Source: a virus (Duplodnaviria > Caudoviricetes). Taken from it: 40,645 nucleotides of DNA. A model generated the notes under the pieces. The model ran no database searches, was not told the DNA's origin, and saw nothing but the letters and a program-made list of their open reading frames with translations. Positions within the stretch are counted from its first letter, which is position 1; every line of letters starts with the position of its first letter. The position numbers were made by a program, and so were the translations under genes. Shown here one piece after another: positions 19,385 to 26,672 of the stretch. The stretch spans positions 1-40,645 of IMG/VR virus record IMGVR_UViG_3300035562_000120; one strand, given 5' to 3'.

Positions 19385-21117
19385 ATACTCAACGGTCTGG
19401 AAAGGAAATCATCCAGGTTGAAATCATCCTCAACCTCCCCATCAGCCGCCCCAATGGCCATTGCTGACGCAACCACACCATCAATACGACCGGTGCTTTT
19501 TTTCTTCGCAAAAATTCGGTTGTTCTTCTGATCTGTTTCGATAACCGCCGAAGCCGCATTCCAGCGCAGACAAGGGTTCGTTAAAATCTCAATCTCCTTG
19601 TCGTCCAGTAACCCTTCAAACAGTTCGATAGAGTGCGGCATCCACAGACCAGAATCCGCTGCCTTATAAAACCCCTGCCCATGCTGAATAAGTGGCACGC
19701 TCACGTCGGCCTCTTCCAGCTCAGGCTCCAGGTATTTGATTCGGTATTGGTCGAAGGCGATCGCCTTAATATGAAACCGCAGGGATAAATCAGCGATCCG
19801 CTCGGCAACGAACCCGTATTTCACAGCATTGCCCGGCGTTGAGAATATAAAACCTTTCTTTTCCCACATGTCATAAGGCACGCGGTCTGTCTTGGCGCGG
19901 TGGAGCAGTGTTTCTTTCGGCGTCCAGAACTCGACAATCAAACGCTTTCGCTTTGGAAAATAAAGCGCCAGCGAGGTTAAATCTCGCGTTCCTGACAGGT
20001 CGAGCCCGCCGTAACACTCTTCCCCAATCATCTCGTCGGGGTCGAAATCAGACTCACACCCCATCCAGACATCGCTTCCCATCCACGGGTTAGCCGCATC
20101 AACCCACTGGCAAAAGTTAAGCCGGCGGACAATGCTCTCTTTGCCTGGCATGCCGCGTGCCTGGGTAACCTGTTCACGCAAATATCTCTCGTTGAAGGTG
20201 TGGCCCAAGGAAGGGTTAGCCTTCTTCCAGCACGACTCATCCTTAAACGGGTCATCGCCTTCATCAAGGGAGCAAATGAAGCTGAAGAAGCTGTCATCCT
20301 CTTCCATGCCAGCCGCAATCTTCCGACCATATTCGTGATAGTCGTAACAGACGCTCGTTTTATCGTGGCCGCTGTTGGTTATCATGAAAATGAGCGCTTG
20401 CCGACGGCCTTTCGTGCCAGCACGCATCATTTCAACAACCTGGTTACTTTTGTGCTCGTGCACCTCATCAATCAGTGCACAATGTGGACGCGGGCCAGAC
20501 TGGCCATCGTCGGAACTTATTGGACGGAAAAACGAACCTGTTTGAATAAACGCCAGGTTCCACTCTTTTCCTGTACCGCCTGACTTATCTATCCGTTGTG
20601 ATAGCGCGGGCGATTGGTCAACCATTGCGACAGCATCACGGAAAAGGATCATCGCCTGGTCTTTCTTGGTAGCCGCTGCGTAGACCTCTGCGCGAGGCTC
20701 TTTGTCAGCAACCAGGCAGTACAACCCAACACCACCAGCGAGCGGGGATTTACCCGATCCTTTACCTGACTCAACGTAAACCATTCGAAAGCGCCGATAT
20801 CCGTCGCTGTTCTTCCATCCAAAAATGGAACCAATGACGAAGCACTGCCAAGCTAACGGAATAAATGGTTGGCCTTCATGCTCACCACCGTTTAGCTTGA
20901 GCACCTTCGAAAAGAAATCTATCGCCCGCTGAGCGGAATCTGCATCCCATGCAAGCCCGCGTGCCGGGCCATGTTCCAGATCACGCAGGTGCCTGGCGCA
21001 AGCATTACGAATATCAGGCCCAGCAAGTTCCTTACCCGAAGTGACGTCCATTGCGTATTGCGTTGCGGGATCAACCGAAGAACTGGTTGAGCGGGTCTTC
21101 TTCTTTTTCTCCACCAT
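19381..21117 (-). CDS. Terminase large subunit (Terminase_1 type); start uncertain
   Basis: Walker A ESGKGSGKS, Walker B LIDEVHEH, nuclease GGLDLS and RIDGVVA; the longest ORF overlaps TerS by 47 nt, so a downstream ATG (MDVTSG) is possible. Confidence 0.95.
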   Translation of the reverse strand: MVEKKKKTRSTSSSVDPATQYAMDVTSGKELAGPDIRNACARHLRDLEHGPARGLAWDADSAQRAIDFFSKVLKLNGGEHEGQPFIPLAWQCFVIGSIFGWKNSDGYRRFRMVYVESGKGSGKSPLAGGVGLYCLVADKEPRAEVYAAATKKDQAMILFRDAVAMVDQSPALSQRIDKSGGTGKEWNLAFIQTGSFFRPISSDDGQSGPRPHCALIDEVHEHKSNQVVEMMRAGTKGRRQALIFMITNSGHDKTSVCYDYHEYGRKIAAGMEEDDSFFSFICSLDEGDDPFKDESCWKKANPSLGHTFNERYLREQVTQARGMPGKESIVRRLNFCQWVDAANPWMGSDVWMGCESDFDPDEMIGEECYGGLDLSGTRDLTSLALYFPKRKRLIVEFWTPKETLLHRAKTDRVPYDMWEKKGFIFSTPGNAVKYGFVAERIADLSLRFHIKAIAFDQYRIKYLEPELEEADVSVPLIQHGQGFYKAADSGLWMPHSIELFEGLLDDKEIEILTNPCLRWNAASAVIETDQKNNRIFAKKKSTGRIDGVVASAMAIGAADGEVEDDFNLDDFLSRPLSM

Positions 21118-21535
21118 TGACTTGCACCTTTGACCTGGCGGCCGGCGTCAGACCAAACTCCACCAAATAACTTTTAAATCGCCGATCGGCGTCAGCCAGC
21201 ATGGATACAGCAGGGTTTGCCTTAATCAGAAAACCACCCTCGGTCTGAACCGTATAAGTGCGGCCCTCATCGGTGATCGTGTTTCGAAGCTGGAGGATGT
21301 CGGCGTAGATATCGCATAGCCGTTCCAGCGCAAAAGTATCTGCAACGGTCAAAACGCCCATGCCATCGAGAAGAACAGTCATCCGCCCCCAGGCAGTCTT
21401 CCCCCAATCAGTAAGGTGAGAGGGAGGGCTTGGAATTTCACGGGCGGGTTGTGGCTCATTATCATTAAGTTTTCTTTTGCCCGGATTGCCGGTCACCAAT
21501 TTTAATTTGGTCGGTTTCGGGCGACGACCGGCCAT
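21071..21535 (-). CDS. Terminase small subunit, P27 family
   Basis: MAGRRPKPTKLKLVTGNPGKR...KANPA...EFGLTPAARSKV. Confidence 0.95.
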   Translation of the reverse strand: MAGRRPKPTKLKLVTGNPGKRKLNDNEPQPAREIPSPPSHLTDWGKTAWGRMTVLLDGMGVLTVADTFALERLCDIYADILQLRNTITDEGRTYTVQTEGGFLIKANPAVSMLADADRRFKSYLVEFGLTPAARSKVQVNGGEKEEDPLNQFFG

Positions 21536-21578
21536 AGAAACCTCCCATCAGACGGCGACAATTATTGATTGCAACCCA

Positions 21579-21765
21579 AAATGATTGCATGTGAAACCAT
21601 TTCAAAATGATTGAAAAAAAACCCAGAAAAAAACTTTTCATTTCGCGGTTGTGCACAGAAAGGACGGTGATAGGTCATTCGGAGCAAAGGGTTTAAAGTT
21701 TTCCCCTCCCCCCTCGGTTGATGCGAATCATTATCATTAAATGTGCAATCATTTCATTTTGAAAT
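21579..21765. other. Putative cos (packaging initiation) region
   Basis: Lies between the HNH-linked genes and terS; G-run followed by the GAC-N8-GTC dyad (21663-21676), flanked by inverted repeats; exact cut site is inferred. Confidence 0.6.
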
Positions 21766-21957
21766 CATTTCCATGCCACCCATTTGAAGCTCCGCACCGA
21801 TGAAGCCGAAGGCCACCATAGCCTCCCCATCAGGGTAGCTACGCAGCACGTCACGCAGTCTTTCCTCGGCTTCCTTTACCTTTGCCTGGCTTCCCTCTGA
21901 TAGCGAAGCAATCAGCCCCTTGAACATCAGTAACGTTTGTTGGTCATCAGTCATCAC
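21754..21957 (-). CDS. Hypothetical protein
   Basis: 67 aa, start overlaps the HNH stop. Confidence 0.6.
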   Translation of the reverse strand: MMTDDQQTLLMFKGLIASLSEGSQAKVKEAEERLRDVLRSYPDGEAMVAFGFIGAELQMGGMEMISK

Positions 21958-22292
21958 TTACTCCAGTGCGAGTTAGGATCGAGCGGCATACCGTCGGCAT
22001 CACATCCGATGACCGTGCCGCTCTTCTCCATCCGCTGCTTTGTGCCGCTGTGGTGCGGGGTGCATAGGCCCTGCCAGTTCTTCTTGTCCCAGAACAGCTT
22101 CTGCGCCTTCGCAATCAACACTGAGTTGCCGGACTTAATCGCATCCTTCAGCTTATGCGGTTCGATATGGTCAACGACGACAGCGGCTACTGTTCGGCCC
22201 TGCTGTGCGCACATGACACACAACGGGTTTTGTTTGAGGAATGCCCGGCGTGCCTTATCCCACTTGCTACCGTATATCCTCGGCTCTTTCAC
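21954..22292 (-). CDS. HNH endonuclease (HK97 gp74-like terminase cofactor)
   Basis: PLCVMC...VVDHIEPH...NWQGLCTPHH; upstream of cos/terS. Confidence 0.92.
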   Translation of the reverse strand: MKEPRIYGSKWDKARRAFLKQNPLCVMCAQQGRTVAAVVVDHIEPHKLKDAIKSGNSVLIAKAQKLFWDKKNWQGLCTPHHSGTKQRMEKSGTVIGCDADGMPLDPNSHWSK

Positions 22293-22513
22293 GCGATGGC
22301 CTCGGCTTGCGTTGCCGGGTTGCGGTAAGTCGCTACCGTTCGGTTGTGGCTGTTAGCCAGGTAGGCTGTATCACCAGGCAGAAGGGTAAGCTTCAATGGA
22401 TCGCCGGTGCTGGTATCGCCATAGATTGTTTTCTCTACCCGTTTCCATTCGATGGAATCAACGGCATAGATGATTTCGTTTCGGTTAGCAGTAACAATTT
22501 TCAGTGTGTACAT
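22289..22513 (-). CDS. Hypothetical protein
   Basis: MYTLKIVT...GDTAYLANSHNRTVATY; ATG 22513 lies just downstream of a terminator; stop overlaps the HNH start. Confidence 0.65.
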   Translation of the reverse strand: MYTLKIVTANRNEIIYAVDSIEWKRVEKTIYGDTSTGDPLKLTLLPGDTAYLANSHNRTVATYRNPATQAEAIA

Positions 22514-22544
22514 GGTGGTTTCTCTTAGTGGTGGTAGTGGTAAT

Positions 22545-22603
22545 AAAAAAGCCACCAGCCTGCCGATGCGCTGGGTGCGCGGTAGGTGCAGGTTGATGGC
22601 TTT
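22545..22603 (-). terminator. Long hairpin / terminator in the late operon
   Basis: Minus strand aaagccatcaacctgc...gcaggctggtggctttttt. Confidence 0.55.
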
Positions 22604-22653
22604 GGTTATCGTGCATTATCGATGGCCCTCGCAAAGGCCACCTGTAATGCTGC

Positions 22654-22851
22654 TTAAGCTGAGGGTTCCGGCATTGAGGCAACAGGTGTTAGCTCTTCCT
22701 CTTTGAACCAGATTTCCGCCGATGAACCATTATCCGAAGGCCAGCTCATCAGGTACATGTTCGGCTCGTTGCTGTACTCAGCGCGACCTAGGATGACGCA
22801 CGCTTCACCTGTGGTCGTTATGGCTGTCTGCCCCAACTCATATTTGAACAT
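22654..22851 (-). CDS. Hypothetical protein (small beta-barrel-like)
   Basis: MFKYELGQ...G.ILGRAEY...YL...WFKEEEL, a pattern common in phage late regions; SD aaggt. Confidence 0.7.
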   Translation of the reverse strand: MFKYELGQTAITTTGEACVILGRAEYSNEPNMYLMSWPSDNGSSAEIWFKEEELTPVASMPEPSA

Positions 22852-22871
22852 TAGCTAACCTTTCAATAACA

Positions 22872-23084
22872 TTAATCAGAGCTACAGGAGCCTGAATCGC
22901 TGCCGCTGCTATCCGAACTGCCGGTGCTGTAATCATTACTGTAATCAGCACCAACGAATACCGGACTTAGTGGGTTGAGGGGGTTCAGTAGGTCGCTACC
23001 AGTACCGCCTGCATTTTGTTGCTCACGCAAACGGCGAGCCTCTTCCTGACGGCGGCGGCGTTGCTCATAGAAATATCTACTCAT
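22872..23084 (-). CDS. Hypothetical low-complexity protein (LNPLNPLSP motif, Ser/Asp-rich tail)
   Basis: 70 aa, ATGA overlap with the Rz stop. Confidence 0.6.
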   Translation of the reverse strand: MSRYFYEQRRRRQEEARRLREQQNAGGTGSDLLNPLNPLSPVFVGADYSNDYSTGSSDSSGSDSGSCSSD

Positions 23085-23620
23085 GGTTTCTTCCTTTCAT
23101 CATCAAGCTGACGAATAGCCAGCAGTTGGTTGTTCGCCTTATCGATGGCCGCAAGCAACGGATCAATCCACAACACAGCCTGGCAATAGGTCAGCGTACT
23201 GGCGGCAGTGGTGCCAACACTGGTTGCGTTAGTGTTAGCGGTATTGCCTGACATTGCGCCGGAACGTAGACGGTTCGCGTAGTCGAGCAACCCACCAGCA
23301 ATAGAGGCAGGCACAGCCAAATCGCACGTAGGCTGATTCTTGAGGATTGTCCGGTATTCAATTTCTTTCCCCTGGGTCACCGCGTCGGTATTGATGCCGT
23401 ACTGGCTCGCCGCGTTACTGATTGCGTTGGCGCGTTGAAACAGAAATGCCTGGGCGGCAATGGTAGCTGTCTGCAGGTTGTTATCACTTTGAAGCTGTTC
23501 AACCTTCCCACTAGCCTCTACAGCATTTGCGTGGAAGTAAAATGCCAGCCTTCCAGCAACAATCAGGGCCACGACCAGCAGCCCGATCGCCATAGTGCGA
23601 AAGCTGAATGAGGTATTCAC
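23081..23620 (-). CDS. i-spanin (Rz-like)
   Basis: N-terminal TM helix followed by a helical periplasmic region; directly after the endolysin; contains an embedded lipoprotein ORF. Confidence 0.85.
   Translation of the reverse strand: MNTSFSFRTMAIGLLVVALIVAGRLAFYFHANAVEASGKVEQLQSDNNLQTATIAAQAFLFQRANAISNAASQYGINTDAVTQGKEIEYRTILKNQPTCDLAVPASIAGGLLDYANRLRSGAMSGNTANTNATSVGTTAASTLTYCQAVLWIDPLLAAIDKANNQLLAIRQLDDERKKP
23191..23361 (-). CDS. o-spanin (Rz1-like) lipoprotein embedded in Rz in the +1 frame; not in the ORF track
   Basis: TTG start after AGGGG; MNTGQSSRISLRAIWLCLPLLLVG-CSTTRTVYVPAQCQAIPLTLTQPVLAPLPPVR (56 aa), lipobox LVGC and Pro-rich mature part. Confidence 0.8.
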   Translation of the reverse strand: MNTGQSSRISLRAIWLCLPLLLVGCSTTRTVYVPAQCQAIPLTLTQPVLAPLPPVR

Positions 23621-24105
23621 GATAAAAACCCACCCGCTTTCCGGTATTGCTGTAGAAGTCTCTCGATCTTGTGCTCAGGCTGCCCATATCCAGCACCAGG
23701 AAGCGACGCCCAGATGTTCCGGCAACTATTTATAGCTTTGGCAATGTTACCGGCCTCAATGTCAGTCAGTGCCCTGCGCTCCTTGATCAGCTGAATCGCC
23801 CATTTATCCTGTGACTCTGGACCAAAGTCAGGAAGATTAAGCAGCCCTTTGTAATGAGACCAATCACGAAGCATGAACTGATACCTGCCGGAAGCATTGG
23901 AAGTTAGCCCTTTACTGTTGATTACCTTCGATTGGCGACCCTTGTTGAATGGGTGATCGGAGTAATCAGTGAATATTTCCGGCTTTTTGTCTGCGCCAGT
24001 CACAATGACGTCATAGCCGTTATTCTTCGTCGCCGGACTCGATGATGTGCCTTCTGACCATGCGAGCATGTCGAGAAATGCGCGAAGGTTATTGCTTATC
24101 TGCAT
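23617..24105 (-). CDS. Endolysin, lambda R-like lytic transglycosylase
   Basis: AFLDMLAWSEGT, GYDVIV, ASGRYQF, IWASLPGAGYGQ; start set at ATG 24105. Confidence 0.95.
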   Translation of the reverse strand: MQISNNLRAFLDMLAWSEGTSSSPATKNNGYDVIVTGADKKPEIFTDYSDHPFNKGRQSKVINSKGLTSNASGRYQFMLRDWSHYKGLLNLPDFGPESQDKWAIQLIKERRALTDIEAGNIAKAINSCRNIWASLPGAGYGQPEHKIERLLQQYRKAGGFLS

Positions 24106-24439
24106 CACGATTACCCCCGCCAAAGCGATTGCCGACGTACCCGGAAAGGAACGCGCTGAGTTTTTTCACACCGACGAAACCGATAAAACCACCGATGCCA
24201 ACTGTTAAGGCTTTCGGGACGTCGAAGTAATCCAGGGCTGAATAAGTCGTCAGGGCTAACGCGCCACACATCAGCCCTTCGAAAATGGTTTCTTTCCAAC
24301 CGCTGCCGGAATAAGCCATTCGCAAAACCGCCATGACTACAGCCATAATCACGCCGCCGATTGGTACATCACCGCGCCACCAGCTCGCAAACATTTCACT
24401 GAATTCCGTCCAGCCATGCGGATTGTTTGGCATTCTCAT
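24089..24439 (-). CDS. Holin, lambda S family, with Met-Arg-Met dual-start motif
   Basis: Three hydrophobic segments, IGGFIGFVGV; GGAGG then ATG AGA ATG (24439 and 24433); hairpin cccc-gaca-gggg (24446-24457) overlaps the SD, like lambda sdi. Confidence 0.92.
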   Translation of the reverse strand: MRMPNNPHGWTEFSEMFASWWRGDVPIGGVIMAVVMAVLRMAYSGSGWKETIFEGLMCGALALTTYSALDYFDVPKALTVGIGGFIGFVGVKKLSAFLSGYVGNRFGGGNRDADKQ

Positions 24440-24486
24440 AACCTCCCCCTGTCGGGGCTGTGCCCGATCGTCGGGTGGTGGAAACA

Positions 24487-24510
24487 AAAAGCCCCGGCAA
24501 ATGCCAGGGC
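24487..24510 (-). terminator. Intrinsic terminator between the methyltransferase and holin genes
   Basis: gccctggc-attt-gccggggcttttt on the minus strand. Confidence 0.65.
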
Positions 24511-24513
24511 GAC

Positions 24514-25542
24514 TTAGTTACTCGGGAAGATTTCCCGTTGTGTTTGTTCAAATCGGTCAGGTTCCAACTCAACCCCCAACCCGATACGGCCCAGCTTGAT
24601 AGCGGCCTTTATCGTTGAACCGGAACCCATGAAGAAGTCAGCAACAACATCACCTGGGCGACTACTGGCGCTGATGATGTGCCCCATCATTTCAGCGGGC
24701 TTTTCGCATGGATGTTTACCGGCATAGAAAGCAACCGGCGAATAAGTCCAAACGTCTGTATAAGGCACCGCAGCAGTTACCGTGAAAGTACGCCGCAATG
24801 ATTTATATTCCCGGCACAAGTCCAGATATTCACGATTGAGGGTTTTGTATTCCTTTACCAGCTCATGATGGGGGCGATTCAACCCACCAGCCTGATGCTT
24901 CTCAATGGCTATGCGGTCAAATAGTGCCTGAAGCTTGTGATATTGCTCTTCACTTGGTAACTGCCACTGACTCTCACTAAACCAATGGCTGGCCATCTGC
25001 TTACCGGTAGCCGCGTTAATGTCTTTCGCAGTGACGCCGAGCGATTGCCGGGCTGATTTGAAGTAGTCGATCAGCGGCTTGAATGCGTTTTGCTTCAGCT
25101 CGGTGCATTTCACCGCGTAACCATCAATCTTAGGCTGTATCGGCCCTGCATAATGACCGGCGAAAATGATCCGCTCGGTCGCCGGGAAGAACGCTCGGAG
25201 ACTCTCTTTGTGATGACGTCGCCAAACTCCTGAAGGTTTAGCCCACACAATATGGCTCAATACGTCGAAGCGCTGGCGAACCAACAGCTCGGTATCAGAC
25301 GCCAACCGGCTACCGCAAAACATGTAAAGACTGCCGTTAGGCTTAAGCACCCGCCAGAATTCCACCAGCAATGAATCCAGCCAGGCTAAATACTCAGCCT
25401 CACTCTTCCATTGATTATCCCAGTCGCAAGACTTTACCCGGAAATAAGGCGGGTCTGTCGCAATCAGGTCGATGCAGTCATCAGGCAGGGTTTTGATGTA
25501 TTCGAGTGTGTCAGCGTTGACAAGACTTGTGCTGGATATCAT
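24514..25542 (-). CDS. Orphan DNA methyltransferase, N6-adenine/N4-cytosine (beta class)
   Basis: DLIATDPPY at the N-terminus, HPCEKP and DFFMGSGST at the C-terminus; start set at ATG 25542. Confidence 0.93.
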   Translation of the reverse strand: MISSTSLVNADTLEYIKTLPDDCIDLIATDPPYFRVKSCDWDNQWKSEAEYLAWLDSLLVEFWRVLKPNGSLYMFCGSRLASDTELLVRQRFDVLSHIVWAKPSGVWRRHHKESLRAFFPATERIIFAGHYAGPIQPKIDGYAVKCTELKQNAFKPLIDYFKSARQSLGVTAKDINAATGKQMASHWFSESQWQLPSEEQYHKLQALFDRIAIEKHQAGGLNRPHHELVKEYKTLNREYLDLCREYKSLRRTFTVTAAVPYTDVWTYSPVAFYAGKHPCEKPAEMMGHIISASSRPGDVVADFFMGSGSTIKAAIKLGRIGLGVELEPDRFEQTQREIFPSN

Positions 25543-25709
25543 AAGCGCCCTTAGTTGATACGCTCGTCCTGCTGTTCGCAGCACGGGCAAAGGTTCGCTT
25601 GTGACCATTGACATGAGCACCTGGTGGATAGGGTGTTACCTCACCCTTCCGCCGCCCACCTCACAAACATTAAGGCGAAGCACCATCCACCTGGCACCGA
25701 CACAACCCC

Positions 25710-26105
25710 TCAGCTGGGGTACCGGGTTAATTTTGGATGGCACTTCGCTTTAATTTGTACATAAAAAAAGCCGCCCCGAGGGGCAGCCTTAGTAGAGTTT
25801 AGAGTCAGAGGAATGTTCAATTTCCCTTTCATCACAGCGTTTTCGTCTTTCAAGCGGTCGACTTTTTGTTTAAGTTGTTCGGCCTCGCGTTCAGCTCTGT
25901 CTCGGTCCCGCTGGAGACCTTTTATGGCTTCGCCTTGCGCTGCTTGCACTTCCTTCATTGCGTGTACTGCGCTTTCCGTTTCGTCGATGGTGTTAACCAT
26001 TCTTACACAGAAAAACGAAACAACCGCGATTGTCATCGTGACCATTCCGGTCAGTACCCACACTTTTACACCAGAAGCAGAATTTTCATTTGCTATACGA
26101 ATCAC
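25710..26105 (-). CDS. Membrane-anchored coiled-coil hypothetical protein
   Basis: TM segment VWVLTGMVTMTIAVVSFFCV then a heptad-like charged region; start codon and C-terminus uncertain. Confidence 0.6.
   Translation of the reverse strand: MIRIANENSASGVKVWVLTGMVTMTIAVVSFFCVRMVNTIDETESAVHAMKEVQAAQGEAIKGLQRDRDRAEREAEQLKQKVDRLKDENAVMKGKLNIPLTLNSTKAAPRGGFFYVQIKAKCHPKLTRYPS
25763..25788 (-). terminator. Intrinsic terminator (lies inside the 3' end of ORF 25710-26105)
   Basis: gctgccc-ctcg-gggcggc-ttttttt on the minus strand. Confidence 0.7.
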
Positions 26106-26218
26106 CTCTTACCTGTTGATAACACCCAACGTGCAGCCGCGCCATTGGGACCAACAAGCATTTTATCCACTAAACAGTGGCAAGGTCTTCATAAAGATAA
26201 GGTTTACTGATTGAATGG

Positions 26219-26308
26219 CTATTTAATGAGCGAAATAAGCCAGATTCCCCAGATAGGGACGACGAGAAAGGTCATTGTGTACACAACGAGTGGCTGAATG
26301 TTGTTCAT
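26219..26308 (-). CDS. 29-aa hydrophobic small protein; not in the ORF track
   Basis: MNNIQPLVVYTMTFLVVPIWGIWLISLIK; SD TAAGGA upstream; a single predicted TM helix. Confidence 0.6.
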   Translation of the reverse strand: MNNIQPLVVYTMTFLVVPIWGIWLISLIK

Positions 26309-26429
26309 TAAGATTCATCCTTAGCAACTCACTTCTTGCGAGTGCAATAACAACGTACACAAATTTATTAAGCGTTACAACAATAAAAGAAAACTTGTTC
26401 TAATTCACTAACAGAACCAACGGCGCAGA

Positions 26430-26458
26430 ATAATACGCATCTATCGACATCTTATCAA
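26430..26458 (-). promoter_or_regulatory. Putative sigma70 moron promoter
   Basis: TTGATA-17 nt-TATTAT on the minus strand, downstream of tR'. Confidence 0.55.
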
Positions 26459-26574
26459 CAACTAATCGCCTTGCTATCGCACTTTGTTTATCGGTGTGTG
26501 ACACAACGTCATACCGACTACTTCGTACAACTTCCCGAAATAAAACGGTCTTGCCCTTTCGGTTTCACCAATTG

Positions 26575-26596
26575 AAAAACCCGCTCAAAGGCGGGT
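26575..26596 (-). terminator. tR'-like terminator
   Basis: acccgc-ctttga-gcgggttttt about 45 nt downstream of pR'. Confidence 0.75.
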
Positions 26597-26644
26597 CATT
26601 CTGTTGCATCGCTTGATGGTACAGCTTCGCGAAAGCATACATGT

Positions 26645-26672
26645 ATTATGCACTTTCATTGGCTATTATCAA
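26645..26672 (-). promoter_or_regulatory. Late promoter pR'-like
   Basis: TTGATA-16 nt-CATAAT overlapping the Q stop, followed by a -10-like TATGCT (possible pause element) and a terminator. Confidence 0.65.

Noticed and set aside
598-21000. Many plus-strand ORFs in the track antisense to structural genes (for example 5053-5697, 16634-17404, 18482-19066)
   Set aside because: Shadow ORFs of well-recognised minus-strand genes; no SD or family motifs
25543-26570. tRNA genes in the Q-lysis interval, as in some lambdoid phages
   Set aside because: No cloverleaf with T-loop GTTCGA and acceptor stem found
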